Shown in pieces: positions 29,054 through 42,138 of a stretch of DNA of 64,000 nucleotides. The stretch lies in contig JAQGDQ010000636.1 in assembly GCA_030141605.1 (NCBI GenBank), positions 1 to 64,000 on the forward strand, in the 5' to 3' direction. A program made the position numbers and the translations under genes. Source of the stretch: Tubiluchus corallicola (Eukaryota; Animalia; Priapulida). The notes beneath the pieces were generated by a model. The model was not told the DNA's origin. It ran no database searches and saw only the letters and a program-made list of their open reading frames with translations. Numbering within the stretch: the stretch's first letter is position 1; the number at the start of each line of letters is the position of its first letter.

Positions 29054-30250
29054 AAACGCATTTAAGAATTCACACAGGAGAGAAACCATTCAAGTGTAAT
29101 CAGTGTGATGCTGCCTTTACTTGGTCAAGTGTTTTAAAAAGACATTCAAGGACTCACACTGGGGAAAATCCGTACAAGTGCAGTCAGTGTGAATCTGCAT
29201 TTACTAGTTATATGGACTGAAAGTACATTTAAGAACTCCAACTGGAGAGAAACCATACAAGTGTAATCAGTGTGATGCTGCATTTGCTCATACAAATGGA
29301 TTGAAAAAACATTCAAGAATTTATACTGGAGAAAAACCTTTCAGTTGTAGTCAATGTGGTGCTGCTTTTGCCCAGGCAGATGGCTTAAAAGTACATTTAA
29401 GAAATCACGCTGGAGAGAAACCTTACAAGTGTAGTCTGTGTGATGCTGCTGTGAAAAATGAGTTCAAATCTTCATAAAGGTTCTGTGGGAGAGACGTCGG
29501 CCTGGTTCTTAATTAAACAATTACGTGGAAGTGTATATAGTCTAGTATATTTTTTATAGAGAAAGGTGCATAACGCTTAAGTCTACGAGTTGATAATTAG
29601 AATGGTTTGCTGTTACTGAAACATATAATTTAGACTAAATTTTGACTCTTAACAAAAACTTCATAACCATTGGTTTAAAAGGAGTGGCCACCCAAATAAA
29701 ATTTATTCAATTCACAAGATTTGTCGCAATTACATAGTTACTACTTATAACAGCAGTAAACTTAATTATAGATACACATCAGCACATAACCATAAAAACT
29801 AGTAAAGAAAGGGGAAAAAATCACTTAACGAATTAGGCGGACCATTTGACGTCTGCTTGTAGGAAAAGCAAACGTCAAATACTCATCTGTACAAGGGTGA
29901 CGAAGGAATTTATAGCTTCGGAATGAAGCCCGTATGAATAATTCAAGGTTAACCTAATTGAATGACTCTAGATAAATTTGCAAAGGTTATAGAACCGGAA
30001 TAAACTAGTTTACAATGCTGTAGAGTAGAATTCACACTGGAGAAAAACCTTTTAAGTGTAGTCAATGTAATGTTGCATATGCGAGTTCAAGTGCACTGAA
30101 AGTACACTCAAGAACTCACACTGGGGAAAAACCGTACAAGTGTTATCAGTGTGATGCTGCATTTACTCAGGCAGGTGGACTAAAAAAACATTTAAGAATT
30201 CATACAGGAAAGACACATTTAAGTTGAAGTGAATGTGATACAGCATTTTC
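29010..30250 (+). pseudogene. Degenerate out-of-frame finger tail of ZF-C, interrupted by an insertion
   Basis: Frameshifted finger repeats at 29010-29448 and 30025-30250. Confidence 0.7.
29449..30014 (-). mobile_element. Candidate solo LTR (~565 bp)
   Basis: TGT...ACA termini; ATGCTG repeated at 29443-29448 and 30015-30020; minus-strand TATAAA (~29910) upstream of AATAAA (~29705); interrupts a finger. Confidence 0.6.
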
Positions 30251-31527
30251 TCGCTGCACAGAATCTCTCAGTGTATTTAAGTCACTCAGTACAGCTGTGT
30301 GATGTTACATTTTTTGTATCAAGTGTTTTGAGTCCATTTGAGTAACTTGCTGATTTACAGCAATAATTATCATAGAAATGGTAACTCATGCGAGAACAAA
30401 GTGCTTTGAGTGCATCATACGCATGCAAAACTGATATTGTTAGCTTCCTCTTAGGGGATCATGATTTACCTGTTCAAATTACAGTGCAATACCAGCACTA
30501 GAATAACAATAATCAGTTTTTGTGCAAGTTAAATGCATCGACAAAAGTACCAGCACCATTTGAAAAACCGTAGAAAAAACTTCTTTGCAGGATATTTTGC
30601 TAAATTTCATGATACATCAAACCTCGTCATAACGCTCTCCTTTGTGAAACCAACCTCGCTTAATACCAAAATTTTCAGCAAAACAAAATATATGCATGTT
30701 GTGGAGATCGCTGGCCTCAAGCAGAATTGGCGACAAGCGTGTTTTCTGGTTTTCTCTACGAGCCTTCCGAGAGAAACAAAACACAACCATATATTTGCAT
30801 AGACATGCATGTTCTAATGCACATCGTTATAATGCAAAACTCGCCATGACACTAAGGTTTAAAGGAGTTTGCATGTGATTTGAACTGACAATTAACTTTG
30901 CGCAATACTTGTTATACATGGTTTAATTATCTGTGATTTTAGCATCTAGCAATACTCGCATTCGTTACTGTGTTGCACTTAGAATGCTGTTTCTCAGCAT
31001 CTGCTTAGTTAGACACTAATTATGCTTAAATTTCATTATCACAGTAACATTCCCACTAATATCTTCTGCTGTAGAAACACAATGATATTACACAGTGTTT
31101 TGGCACTTTATATGACTTAAGTTATCGTAACAAATAAAAAGTAATGAAGACTGGTAAAGACTGCTAGCAGCATAGGCACAGTTGGACTGCAGTAGCCCCT
31201 ATTTTTGTTCGATGTTGTTGACAACATTCAATATAATGCGTCGTTTTCCATTAATTCTTTCTATATACTTGTGCAAACTTGTCAATCCTTGTATGGATCA
31301 CACGGATCCTTGTATATGGTGTTTGGCTGTTGCGTGCATGTGACTACGCGTAAGATAAGAAGCTGTACGCTAAGTAGAGAAAGTACTGTCGCTCACACAG
31401 TATCGACCCTGTCATGCAGGTAGTGCTTCTTTTTGACTCAGCGTGTGTTGTACTTAAACACTGTGTAACGTATTCTTGAATGTCATAAGGTGTAGAATCA
31501 TGCTTCCAGGTATTCTATTTAATTTAA

Positions 31528-31558
<31 letters not shown>

Positions 31559-34281
31559 AATTTTCTGTAAAATAAAATAACATAATATATATATCGCATT
31601 CTTACATCGCAATGAATTAGGTATTTAATATACAATATAAAACAATGGACCCCGCTGATCTTAGCAACGATCCATGAGTGACAGATCCTAAACAAAATTT
31701 GTCTGTTTAGCTAATGATACAGTGTTATTTCTATTATTGTATCTTTAAAGCAGAAATGCTTAATCTTGCAAAGATTCTCTCTAACAAAAGCAGCTAAAGT
31801 GAAACACCTGACTCATCAGTCCCAATATTTTGAGAACCTGTGCTTTGGCCAGTGCCTAGCACCTCTATCTGCAACGAATCATACTAACTTCATGCTAGGA
31901 AACGTATTGATTTTAGAGCGGTAATGTTGTTTGTGAAAATGTAGTCAATTATTTCAATAACATTAAAAATTTTAAAGCAAGAAACGATTTTAAGGGAAGA
32001 AATTAAGGAAACTTCATAGCTATGTCATGTTCAGCTGCAAGTTTAGAAACATGCTTCCTTACTCCAATAAATTCAGCTAGAATAAGGTTATTATGGTCGA
32101 AAACTCAAAATGCTTCAAAAATTATTAATCGTAGTACTAAGGTACAGGATAATATATAACATGTTAAGTTTTTTCCCAGCGGTTGGAACATCTTAAAATA
32201 CAATACCGGGAAATGATAATTTATTATAATACGATTATTCACGCAAAACTACAATGTTATGACATGGAATGAAACTTTTTAATTTCTTAATTAAAACAGT
32301 ACTGTTTGAATTAAGTACAGTTAACATTTCGTTTCTTGTTTATCTTTAGGAACTGCAAAATTATTACTGCAAGTTTTCGTAAAAATTTTATGCTGCTTTG
32401 CACTGGTACATTACACAAACATGCAAACGAACCAACGACCTGTCTCTAGTGTCTTACTTGGGCAGCCCATGTACGTCGCGTCCTACTTGGGCTAGCCCAT
32501 GTACGCCAATTGGTCTACTTGGGCTAGTGGTTTACTCGGCTCCCTACAGATGCAATAGCATACGACTGAGTTTCGTTTTCTTCACATAAAACAATACAAT
32601 CATACAAAAATTTAATATTAATTTTCGCAGGCTAAGATTATTATCTTCATACATTTTCACGAAGCATTTGATTTCATCAGCTTTCGATGGAACTATTGTT
32701 TTGAGTCCTGATTTTGATATGGAAGTTAACGGTATTACAATTTCTGTGGATATGAAAAAGAAGGAATTATATTTTTAGTCTTTTCATAATTAAGAGTTGG
32801 TCTGACAGCTAGAAGAAGAGATACAGATACAATTCTCTGTTTCAAACCACTGACTTGAATCAGCCTCCCACGTTACTGAATACGTCACCAAGATGATGTT
32901 CTCAAATGTTTATTGTGGAAGGTGCCATGGATGTAATGCATTTAATTGTCACCAGATCACGTTTAGACAAAGTGTGGCTGTTAATTCTGAAACAGAAATC
33001 GTTGGCTAAACTGCATACAGTATCGTTTATATTATTATATATTATAAAAAAGTACTGTAAGACAATATTTAAATTAACAATTAATTTGCAGGTGGCGCTC
33101 GAAGGTGTGTCATTTTTATAATAATTTCACTATTGTTGTTATTTTTTTCTTAATCTAGCAGAAATTAATGCCAAACAAGCCTTTTTGCAGTTACAGCGAT
33201 TTATGATGATGGTGAAAATCGCAGAGGCTAAGTGTATCAGACAACGCTTTCCAGCCCATGCTGTTATAATAATATTAACATTTTAAACAGCTAGCTGGAA
33301 CATATAGTTAATTTTTTCTTGTTCCCAAGCAAGATCCTACTAATAACTGTCTAATGCATAATTAAGTAAATTTTACATGAAAGAACTGAAGTTACTGAAC
33401 TGATGCGGTAAACGGCTTTGCTTTGCCAAATGTAACCTGATGGTTGTAGCTGAGTCTCGTTGATGTGGTACTCTTAATATCTGACCTGTAGCAACTTTGC
33501 CGACAGTGAAACTATGAAAAGGCTTATTGGCCTGTGTCTTTTACATGGCTTTGCATTAATTGTGATAGTCAAAGTGTTAATCATTTCATAGCAGAAGCCT
33601 TCAATGGTTTTGCTTTCAGCAGTGACTTTAACTTATTAATTCATTATTAAAAATTATTTTGCGTGAACAAGTGTAATTCGCAACTCATTAACTCAAAACC
33701 ATTAGGGTACATACAATTATTTTTGACAATTATTATTTAAATGTTCCAATAACAAACACTCAAAATTGTGTATGTTAAAATACAATGCATTTGGAATATG
33801 GAATAAATCGATATCAGACCTTGGCTGTTGGCATCTACATACTGCACGTGGCGAAAATTTGTAAACCATAGATTTACAGACGTCAAGGTTTCCCGTATTA
33901 CTTGCCGTTCTGAGCAGCAAAGCAGACAGTTTTTACTGTGAGAAGTTACTGGAGAAGTTTATGAAGTTTGAACTCATTAATCACTAAAATAAACTAACTT
34001 TCAATATTTATATTTAAATTCACCTTTAACTTTAATTTTTATTGCGTTAGACACAACAGTAAGTCTAATGTGCTGCAACACATTACTGGTGGTATGATTT
34101 AAAATTCAACAAGCAGTGAATGTTTGCTATAAATCTCTTCTGTTTGTATTTTCTTCTTCGTAGAATGTAATCTCAAGGAGAAAACTTTAAGCTCGTTGCT
34201 CGGAACTCGTGACTCTACTAAAACTCTGCATGTGGTAAGCACTGAACCTCTGGCAGTTTGGTGTGGTAGGATAGAGTTGAA

Positions 34282-37200
34282 ATGTTGATCTTCAGGAAAC
34301 AGTCTCTTATATCTAGAGCAATAATCCTGGTCCCTGCAATATGGTTCTTCTTTGTTCTAACACTCGTACACTACGACTGGATAAATCTTAATCGTTCAAA
34401 ACGCGAAGACTTTTTCCTGATGTTTCCTGGTGGCCAACCCGGAGGAATTCTTAAAAAAACTTCTAAGCCCGCTAATCTAATAGATACATTACACCATCCC
34501 AAAACGACTGATCAAACTGAACTTTTGAACCATAATCTACATCACGGGCCTGCTGCCCAAGAGATTGCACAAAGACATATGGACCCTAGTGGGCCTCGAG
34601 GTCCAGCTAGTGACAGTACCAATAATGTAAATAAAGGCAATGCATTTGCATCTAAACCTAAAATTAAACACGTAGAAGAAATAGTAAAAGAAAGCGGAAT
34701 AGATGGTGAAGAGAAAGATTTGCATGGAAAGCAGCAAGTTTACAAAATTATTCCGAGGGATGAACCGTAAGTTTTTGCACTTGTCTTCCATTTTATATTC
34801 TAGTCAGTGGCGTAGGAAGTGCTTGTGGCTCCCGGAGGCAAAAAAACTCTAGCGCCCTTGCCTTGCAATTTTTTCATCATTTGTTTCGTGGGTAAAGTCA
34901 AAAATTGTGTTGATTCTTTGCGTCCCTGAGCCAAACTTTCCTACCTCGACATGACTGGACAAAGATGAACGAATTTTACTTCGCCAGAGTAACCCTTTTC
35001 TGTGCATTAGTAACACGACAGTCATTAAACATTCACATGTCGTACAACACTAAACATTTTATGCAAAACGTTTTTCATTCACGAAATTTAGACACCTGCA
35101 TACGTTCCGTGATATATCTGTATTCAGCTCCATCATTAAAACGTGCAAAGATTATGAAAGATACAGAATTACAGATTTTCACAATAAACAATCAACATTT
35201 GGAGAAACGTCGCTATTTCTCTCAAACTTATGAAGCCACATGACACCCAGTTTTCATAGGTGAAACATTACCCTGTTTTGTATGCTGTATGTAGTAATTA
35301 AGTCAGCTATGATGATCTCTGACTAGGCAATTTTGTTGTAGTTTGAAAATTTTTGTTATTGTTTTGTTAGACAGGCCCCTAGCTGCTTATTCATTGTGCA
35401 CACCCCTTTCCTAAAGCTTGTATCCACCCCTCATGTGCGTGTTTACACATATGTATTTAATTTGAATATGTAGTATAGTTTTACATGTATTAGTGCACTC
35501 TTACTTTGCAAATGGAGGTTTTTGTAATATTTTATTTTGTTAATAAATATGATTTAATAACGACAATTGCTTTGTATACCAAAGATGATGGAAAATAAAT
35601 GTGTTTATACAGAAACAGTTACGAAGCTAAAGAATCATCAATCTTTCACTTGCGCTAACAGGTATGACCCTAATGCACCAGGTGAAATGGGAAGGGCTGT
35701 TAAGTTGGATAATCTCAATGAAGAAGAGAAGGTAAAAGTGGACGATGGTCAGAAGAAAAACGCTTTTAACCAATATGCAAGTGATATGATCTCACTTCAC
35801 CGCCATCTTCCAGATGTCCGTGATCCTCAGTAAGTACCGTTAATGTTCATAGTTTTTTTAAAATTGGAAACATTAATTTTTTAAAATCAAAATCTAAGAA
35901 TCTAGTTTATTAAAATCTAAAAAATCTTTATTAATTAAACTGTAAGATATTGTTTAAATAAAAAATAAGTATAGTCGTGATTTGCATTTTCATAAACTAT
36001 AACAAAAGTTTATAGTTTTGTTATATTATTATTATTATTACCAGTTTATTTCGTATAAAATATACAGTTTACAAACTAAGTTTTTCATAACTTTTGTTAA
36101 ATTTTTATTTTTAAAATTTTTCTCAACGTTTTTAATAGAACATTAGATAGCAGGGTCTTGATTAAAACCATTGACTTGGTTAAAATGTGAATGATTCATT
36201 AGGTTTTCTTACTAATATTTGTTTTTATCAAGACACCAAACAAGTCTCTTTTTGAAACAATTTTTTTGTTAGTAAACTGTGGTACTACAGGTAAATGTGT
36301 GTCATGACTACAGGTAAATTTACCTGCTTATAAATTCAGATTCTAAAGGTAAGCGAGTATTTTCATTTCCAGGTGTTCAAAGCAGACATACCTGCCAATT
36401 TCTCAACTTCCTGATACAAGTGTGATTATATGTTTCCACAATGAAGCCTGGTCTACACTTCTACGTACGGTCCACTCGGTGCTTGACCGTTCACCTGCGG
36501 AACTGGTAAAGGAGATTGTTTTAGTGGATGACTTCTCAGACATGGGTAACTAATGAATTAGTGATTTGCACAGGAAGGTGAAAAGAAGGAAATTAGAAGA
36601 CAAAGAAAAAAGAAAATTTGGCTTATTATAAAATCAATAATACCGTATTTTCCCATGTATAAGAGACCCTTGTGTATAAGAGACCCCTTCAATTTTTAGG
36701 CAAAATTCTGGAAAAAAGTTTTTTGGTAATGAATAATTTTATTCATCATAGAAATCATTAAATTCCTCATCACTCTCATCAAAAATATCAACTGGAGTCA
36801 GACCTTCAGCAATTCCAGCCAGTTCATCATCAGAGGAGTCACTCTGCTCAAAAATGGCATTGTCCTCTGTGCCGTCCATGGCATTGGAGATGCCACACTT
36901 CTTGAAAGATTTAATAATGACCTCTGACTTTACACCATTCTATGCCTTGAGGACCCATCTTATTGAAAAGACTTACTCCCATGTATAAGAGACCCCCTAT
37001 TTTTAAAGTGAAAATTCTGAGCAAAAAAGGGTCTCTTATACATGGGAAAATACATTATTACGCTGCTGTTTTAAAAGTTAATTTATTTTTATTATTCATC
37101 TTTGTTTATAATTTCAGTTTTAATTGTTTCTTAAACTTCTCTAGAGTCAGGTATGATTTTATCTCTATCTCTTTATCTTTTACTGCATTTTCTGTTTCCC

Positions 37201-40200
37201 TGCTATAATTTACTTCCTGTTCTGTTGCTGTCATGTTAAAAGTTTAATGTCATATATAGTTATTAAAGACATTAGTATCTCTCGTGAGTTCTTTCTTTTT
37301 CTTTGCTTCTATTTTTCTAGTTCATAATGCCTGCAGTTTTTGGCTACAGTTTTGAATCAGTAAAGGAAAGAACAATTAACTCAGTAATAACTCAGAAATT
37401 CAACTCTCAGTGTCGAGTTCATTTTACTTTTTCTATTGAACTTTGAAGAAATAACAAAGAAGTTTCCAAAAACACTGCCTGTAACGTTTAAATTTAAAAT
37501 ATACTAGATCAGAATAGATATTTTCAGGCGTGGTGGTTGCCACTATTCACTTGAAAATCATGACGTAACAGAGAGACTTCATGACTTTTCGTAAGCGTGC
37601 TGCTTAAACTAATTCAAATTTCTGCAGCTTACCAAATACTGATGCAAAAATAATACAAAATTAGTAATCTAATTTTTTTATAAAAACTTATTATACTTTT
37701 GGTGAAGATTGACAGCTTTCTTTAAGACGAATGACGTCATTGGAAGAAGAATTGCAGCGCCCAAGCAGGAAACAATCGCAACTTTAAAGTATCTTACTGG
37801 TTACACGAGGCACTTATTGCAGCTTTAGTACTAAATCCTTCTAACACTTTTTACGAACATTGAATAAGCTTAACATCCCAGAAGAGTTGACTTTTCCTTT
37901 AAAAATGTTATTTCTTATTATGGGAAACAGTGGTTCTGTACAACCATCCCACTTTATACTGACACCACGTCTGAACCAACCTCTACACACATACTGAAAT
38001 TTCAATAACGACGTTACCATTTTTGCCAGATCACTTACAAAAGCCATTAGAGGAATACGTGGCAGCTCTGGGGAAGGTGAGGATCGTGCGAGCGAAGAGA
38101 AGAGAAGGTCTTATTAGAGCCCGCTTACTCGGTGCAGCACATGCTAAAGCGACCGTATTGACATACCTTGATAGTCATTGTGAGTGCGCTGAAGGTGTGT
38201 AATGAAAGAATTTTTTTTTTATTTTTTTATTTATTATTATTATCACGTTCAGTACAATATATAAAGCACACAGTGAGATCAAAATATTACATCTACTATA
38301 AAGTCTATATTAAATTTTTATGTTTCATATACTATCGTTATCATAAAATAATAATTGTACTGCAGTGGGCTAGAGAAGCAAAGGCTTGTATAAGCCCACT
38401 GTCATGTGAACCTGATAAAAAAAGGATGAGTGAACAAGAAAGAACTGGGAGAAAGGTTAGATCACACAGGAAGGGTAGAAGGATGTGTTAGTGGAAATGG
38501 TAGGAAGAAAGATAACAGGCGCTATGTTGACATTATACTTTTGCTCAAAAAGGATACTACAGTAACTGCAGTTGTCTGGTTAAAGGTTGCAGTTCAAATA
38601 TATAATTTTTTATTTTTTTTTATTTTACCTCCTGTAACAGAAAGATATCAAGCACACACCAAAATAAGTTATTGTATTCGGAGAAAGGGTAGCAAAATAA
38701 CCCTAGAGGTTAGCAGATCAGCCTCCCTTTTAGTTAAAGTTATTACAAGAAAGTCTACTGACTATTTAATCTGTGCTGAAACAAATGATCCTGTCAAACT
38801 GAAAAAATATAATAATGAAGAAATGACAATAAAAAATGGATCAAACTGGTTTTACCTGCATCTCTGTGGTTAAAGGCTTTCCTAAAAAACTTTACATGGC
38901 TTGTTTCAAAAGTGGGTTGAATGGTATTCTTGAAGCTTGATCAAACATATACAATTCATTTGCGAACAGCAAATATAATACATTATATGACTGATAGAAA
39001 CAGTGCTATACAACTTGACAATGCCTCACAGCCCAAGCTGTTGTAATAGTAACAGTTTTAACAGCTAGCTAGACCCTTACTTAGTTCATTATTAACTCTA
39101 CAGATGTAAAGGTGCCTAAAATGTATGCAAAAAAGAAAATATTTTTTCCATTTAGAAACGAAAAATGTTTTAAGTCTTATATATATATACATTAAGCCCG
39201 GCCAGCAGTTGAATAATTAACACTGCGGAGTCAAAATCAAGCCCGTTGGCGACCTTGGCAGTTTCATCTACATACTTAATCTGTGTTTGCAGCTAAAGCA
39301 ATAGGTTACAGGCAAAATTGCTCGCTGGTCATTTGACAGGTGGATACAAACCGCTAGTAATACGGTAGTAGCGTTAGTAGTCTGTCGGAGAGCAAAAATA
39401 CGTATAATAATTGCACTGTTTACATTACCAGTGCATTTTTATAAGAGAATGACACAGTATGAGCTGTTTTAATCCTTTAATTTGGTTAAAAATTTTGTAG
39501 ATCAAATAGAAATTTGCCCTGAGCAAAGTAAAAAATCGTTGTTAAAGCAAAACGGGTGGCGTTAAGTGAGTCAAAGGTGTCAAATGATTGATGTCATTAA
39601 AACGAAACGTCGCTGTAACGGGGAGCCATTAAGCGAGGACTTATTGTACTTTCTTTGGCAGGTTGGCTGACACCTCTGCTTGACAGAATAGCCAGAAACT
39701 CTTCTACAGTCGTGACTCCAGTCATAGATGCGATTACTGATAACACCTTGGAGTATCTCTATGGTCCTGCTTCGTCCATTGCCGTGGGCGGTTTTGATTG
39801 GAGCCTGCAGTTTAGCTGGCATGCTCCGCCTCCTCGGGTAAAAAATCGTAGGAAAAGTGAGGTCGATCCTCTTCCGTGAGTATTTTTTTTTAGTTTTTGT
39901 AATCATAGAGATAAATGTTACATACACCTGCAAGCATTAAAGCAAAGGAGGACAATTTTTTATATTCTACCCAATTTTGAAGTACGGTAAAATTTACATA
40001 TTTTAGCACGTATAATAATGACAAGGCATTCTAATAATTTAATAATAGGTTAAAAATTTAATTTACGGTGGGCGAGTCCAGCTAGTAATGACGTCACAAA
40101 CGAACGTAATTTCCAACAACACAAACATTAAAGCAAAACAGGACGACTTTTTTATATCCTGCCCACTTTTGAAGTACAGTAAAATTTATACATTTCAACA

Positions 40201-42076
40201 CATATAATAATGACATAACATTTTTGTTAATTAAATAATAGGTTAAAAACTCAATTAACAGTGGGTGAGCCCGGTTAGTAATGACGTCACAAACGAACGT
40301 AATTTCCAACAACACAAACATTCCATGAGCGTGTTGAATGTGTTTGCAAAAACGTAAATTAAATTACGGTGCATATGGACAACATTTAGTCTAACATACA
40401 AAGACAAATTTTTAAGATAGTGCTAATTCAAAAATATCTCAAGATTACCTATCTAATTTTTCTCATTAATCTACTATACTTTTGGTAACGATTGACAGTG
40501 TATTATGCTACTTTTCTTCAAGGTGAATGACGTTATTGGAAGAAAAATGGGCATTGAAAATGACCGAACATTAAGTGATCGTGACATTATAATGATTTTA
40601 CTAACTAAACGAGGCGCTTATTGCACTTTTATTGCTGAATCATTCCTCTATTTTACACAAACATTGAAATATTTAAGTCTCAGATGGCTTGACTTTTCCT
40701 TTAACCAAATTGCAGTTTATTTCGATTGTATTGAATTGTAATTGATTGATTTTTTTTAGATCACCTACTATGGCTGGGGGACTGTTTTCGATTGATCGAG
40801 CCTGGTTTGAAAGGATAGGTACTTATGATCCAGAATTTGATATATGGGGAGGGGAAAATTTAGAGCTATCTTTTAAGGTAATTACGAAAGTTTAATTTTT
40901 CTAATGAATATTATTTTACATTATATGATTATAATAACGTAGAAAATTTATTGTAATAATATTTAACACCAATATTATCTTTATAACAAGAATTGTAGCA
41001 CTATAAGAGTAACATTACAGTTTATGGTTAAAGAACAACAACTTTATTGAAACTTTTAGTTTATGTAGTTAAAAAAATCATGCCAAATGTTGCGTCAGAG
41101 CTGTCGTCATCAGTGGTAAATTTTTACAAACATAAAACCAGGTTAATAAAGGTACAAACTACAGTATAGAACGTTATGTATTAATTATGTATTTAACAGA
41201 AGCCAAATATACAGGTATTGAATAAGCAGCTCATTACCTATTTGGCTTCCGTGAAAAATTACCACTGATGATGACAGCAGTAACTCTGTCGAAAGTTTGA
41301 CATTTTTTTAGCTATGTAAATTAAAAGTTTTAATAAAGTTGAAGTGCTTTAAGTATAAATCTTTTTAAGCGCCTGTAATAAGGAAGTAATATAATTATAA
41401 CATTTATTACAATTTTACGTTTAAATGAGGATTATATATAGTCATTTGGTCATATGATGATATATATATTATTATATTATAATATTGTTGTTGGCATCCT
41501 TCTGTCTCGGAAGACAATGGAGTGTGCACCAAGCGAGTCAGTTATTGATCACATTAATGGAGCTGCAGCGTCGACTGTGGCTGAGCAGTCCGATCCTTGA
41601 ACCACTGGAGGGCACACGCCAGGGCAAGGTGTATGGAGATCCTGAGTTGCCCAGACAAAAGGAACCCCCTCTATTCCTCCCTAGTGTAGTCCAAATGAAA
41701 GCAGAGCGATACGTTTGGCACCAGGTTGGCTGCAGGAGCTGCCGGAGTCAGTGAGTATGCTGCACTGGTCCACCTTCGGGGCTCCACTCCTGATTTGGAA
41801 GGTTTACTCCTCTACACATGGCCATTGGGTTACTTGACCTCCTCCGCCCTCTAGCCATTGGCTGCTTGTGCAGCTTCTTCGCCTAGTGTCGAGATACAGT
41901 GTGGACATCCACAAGCCTACAGCACCTGGTATTTCTAGGAGGTCACCCATCCAAGAACTAACCAGGCTCTACGTTGCTTAACTTCGGTAATCAGACGAAA
42001 ACCGGTGTTTTCAACGTGATTTGGCCGTATTATAATATATATTATATGACATAATAAATATACATATACATATTTA

Positions 42077-42138
<62 letters not shown>

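Noticed and set aside
32436-32556. Inverted homology with 63470-63548 as TIRs of a giant element capturing both GALNTs
   Set aside because: The left copy lies inside the duplicated upstream region and is absent from its paralog; no TSD; better explained as dispersed repeat fragments.
41912-42029. Functional 5S rRNA gene
   Set aside because: Solitary, mutated, missing the first nucleotides, no terminator, and embedded in a TSD-flanked insertion.
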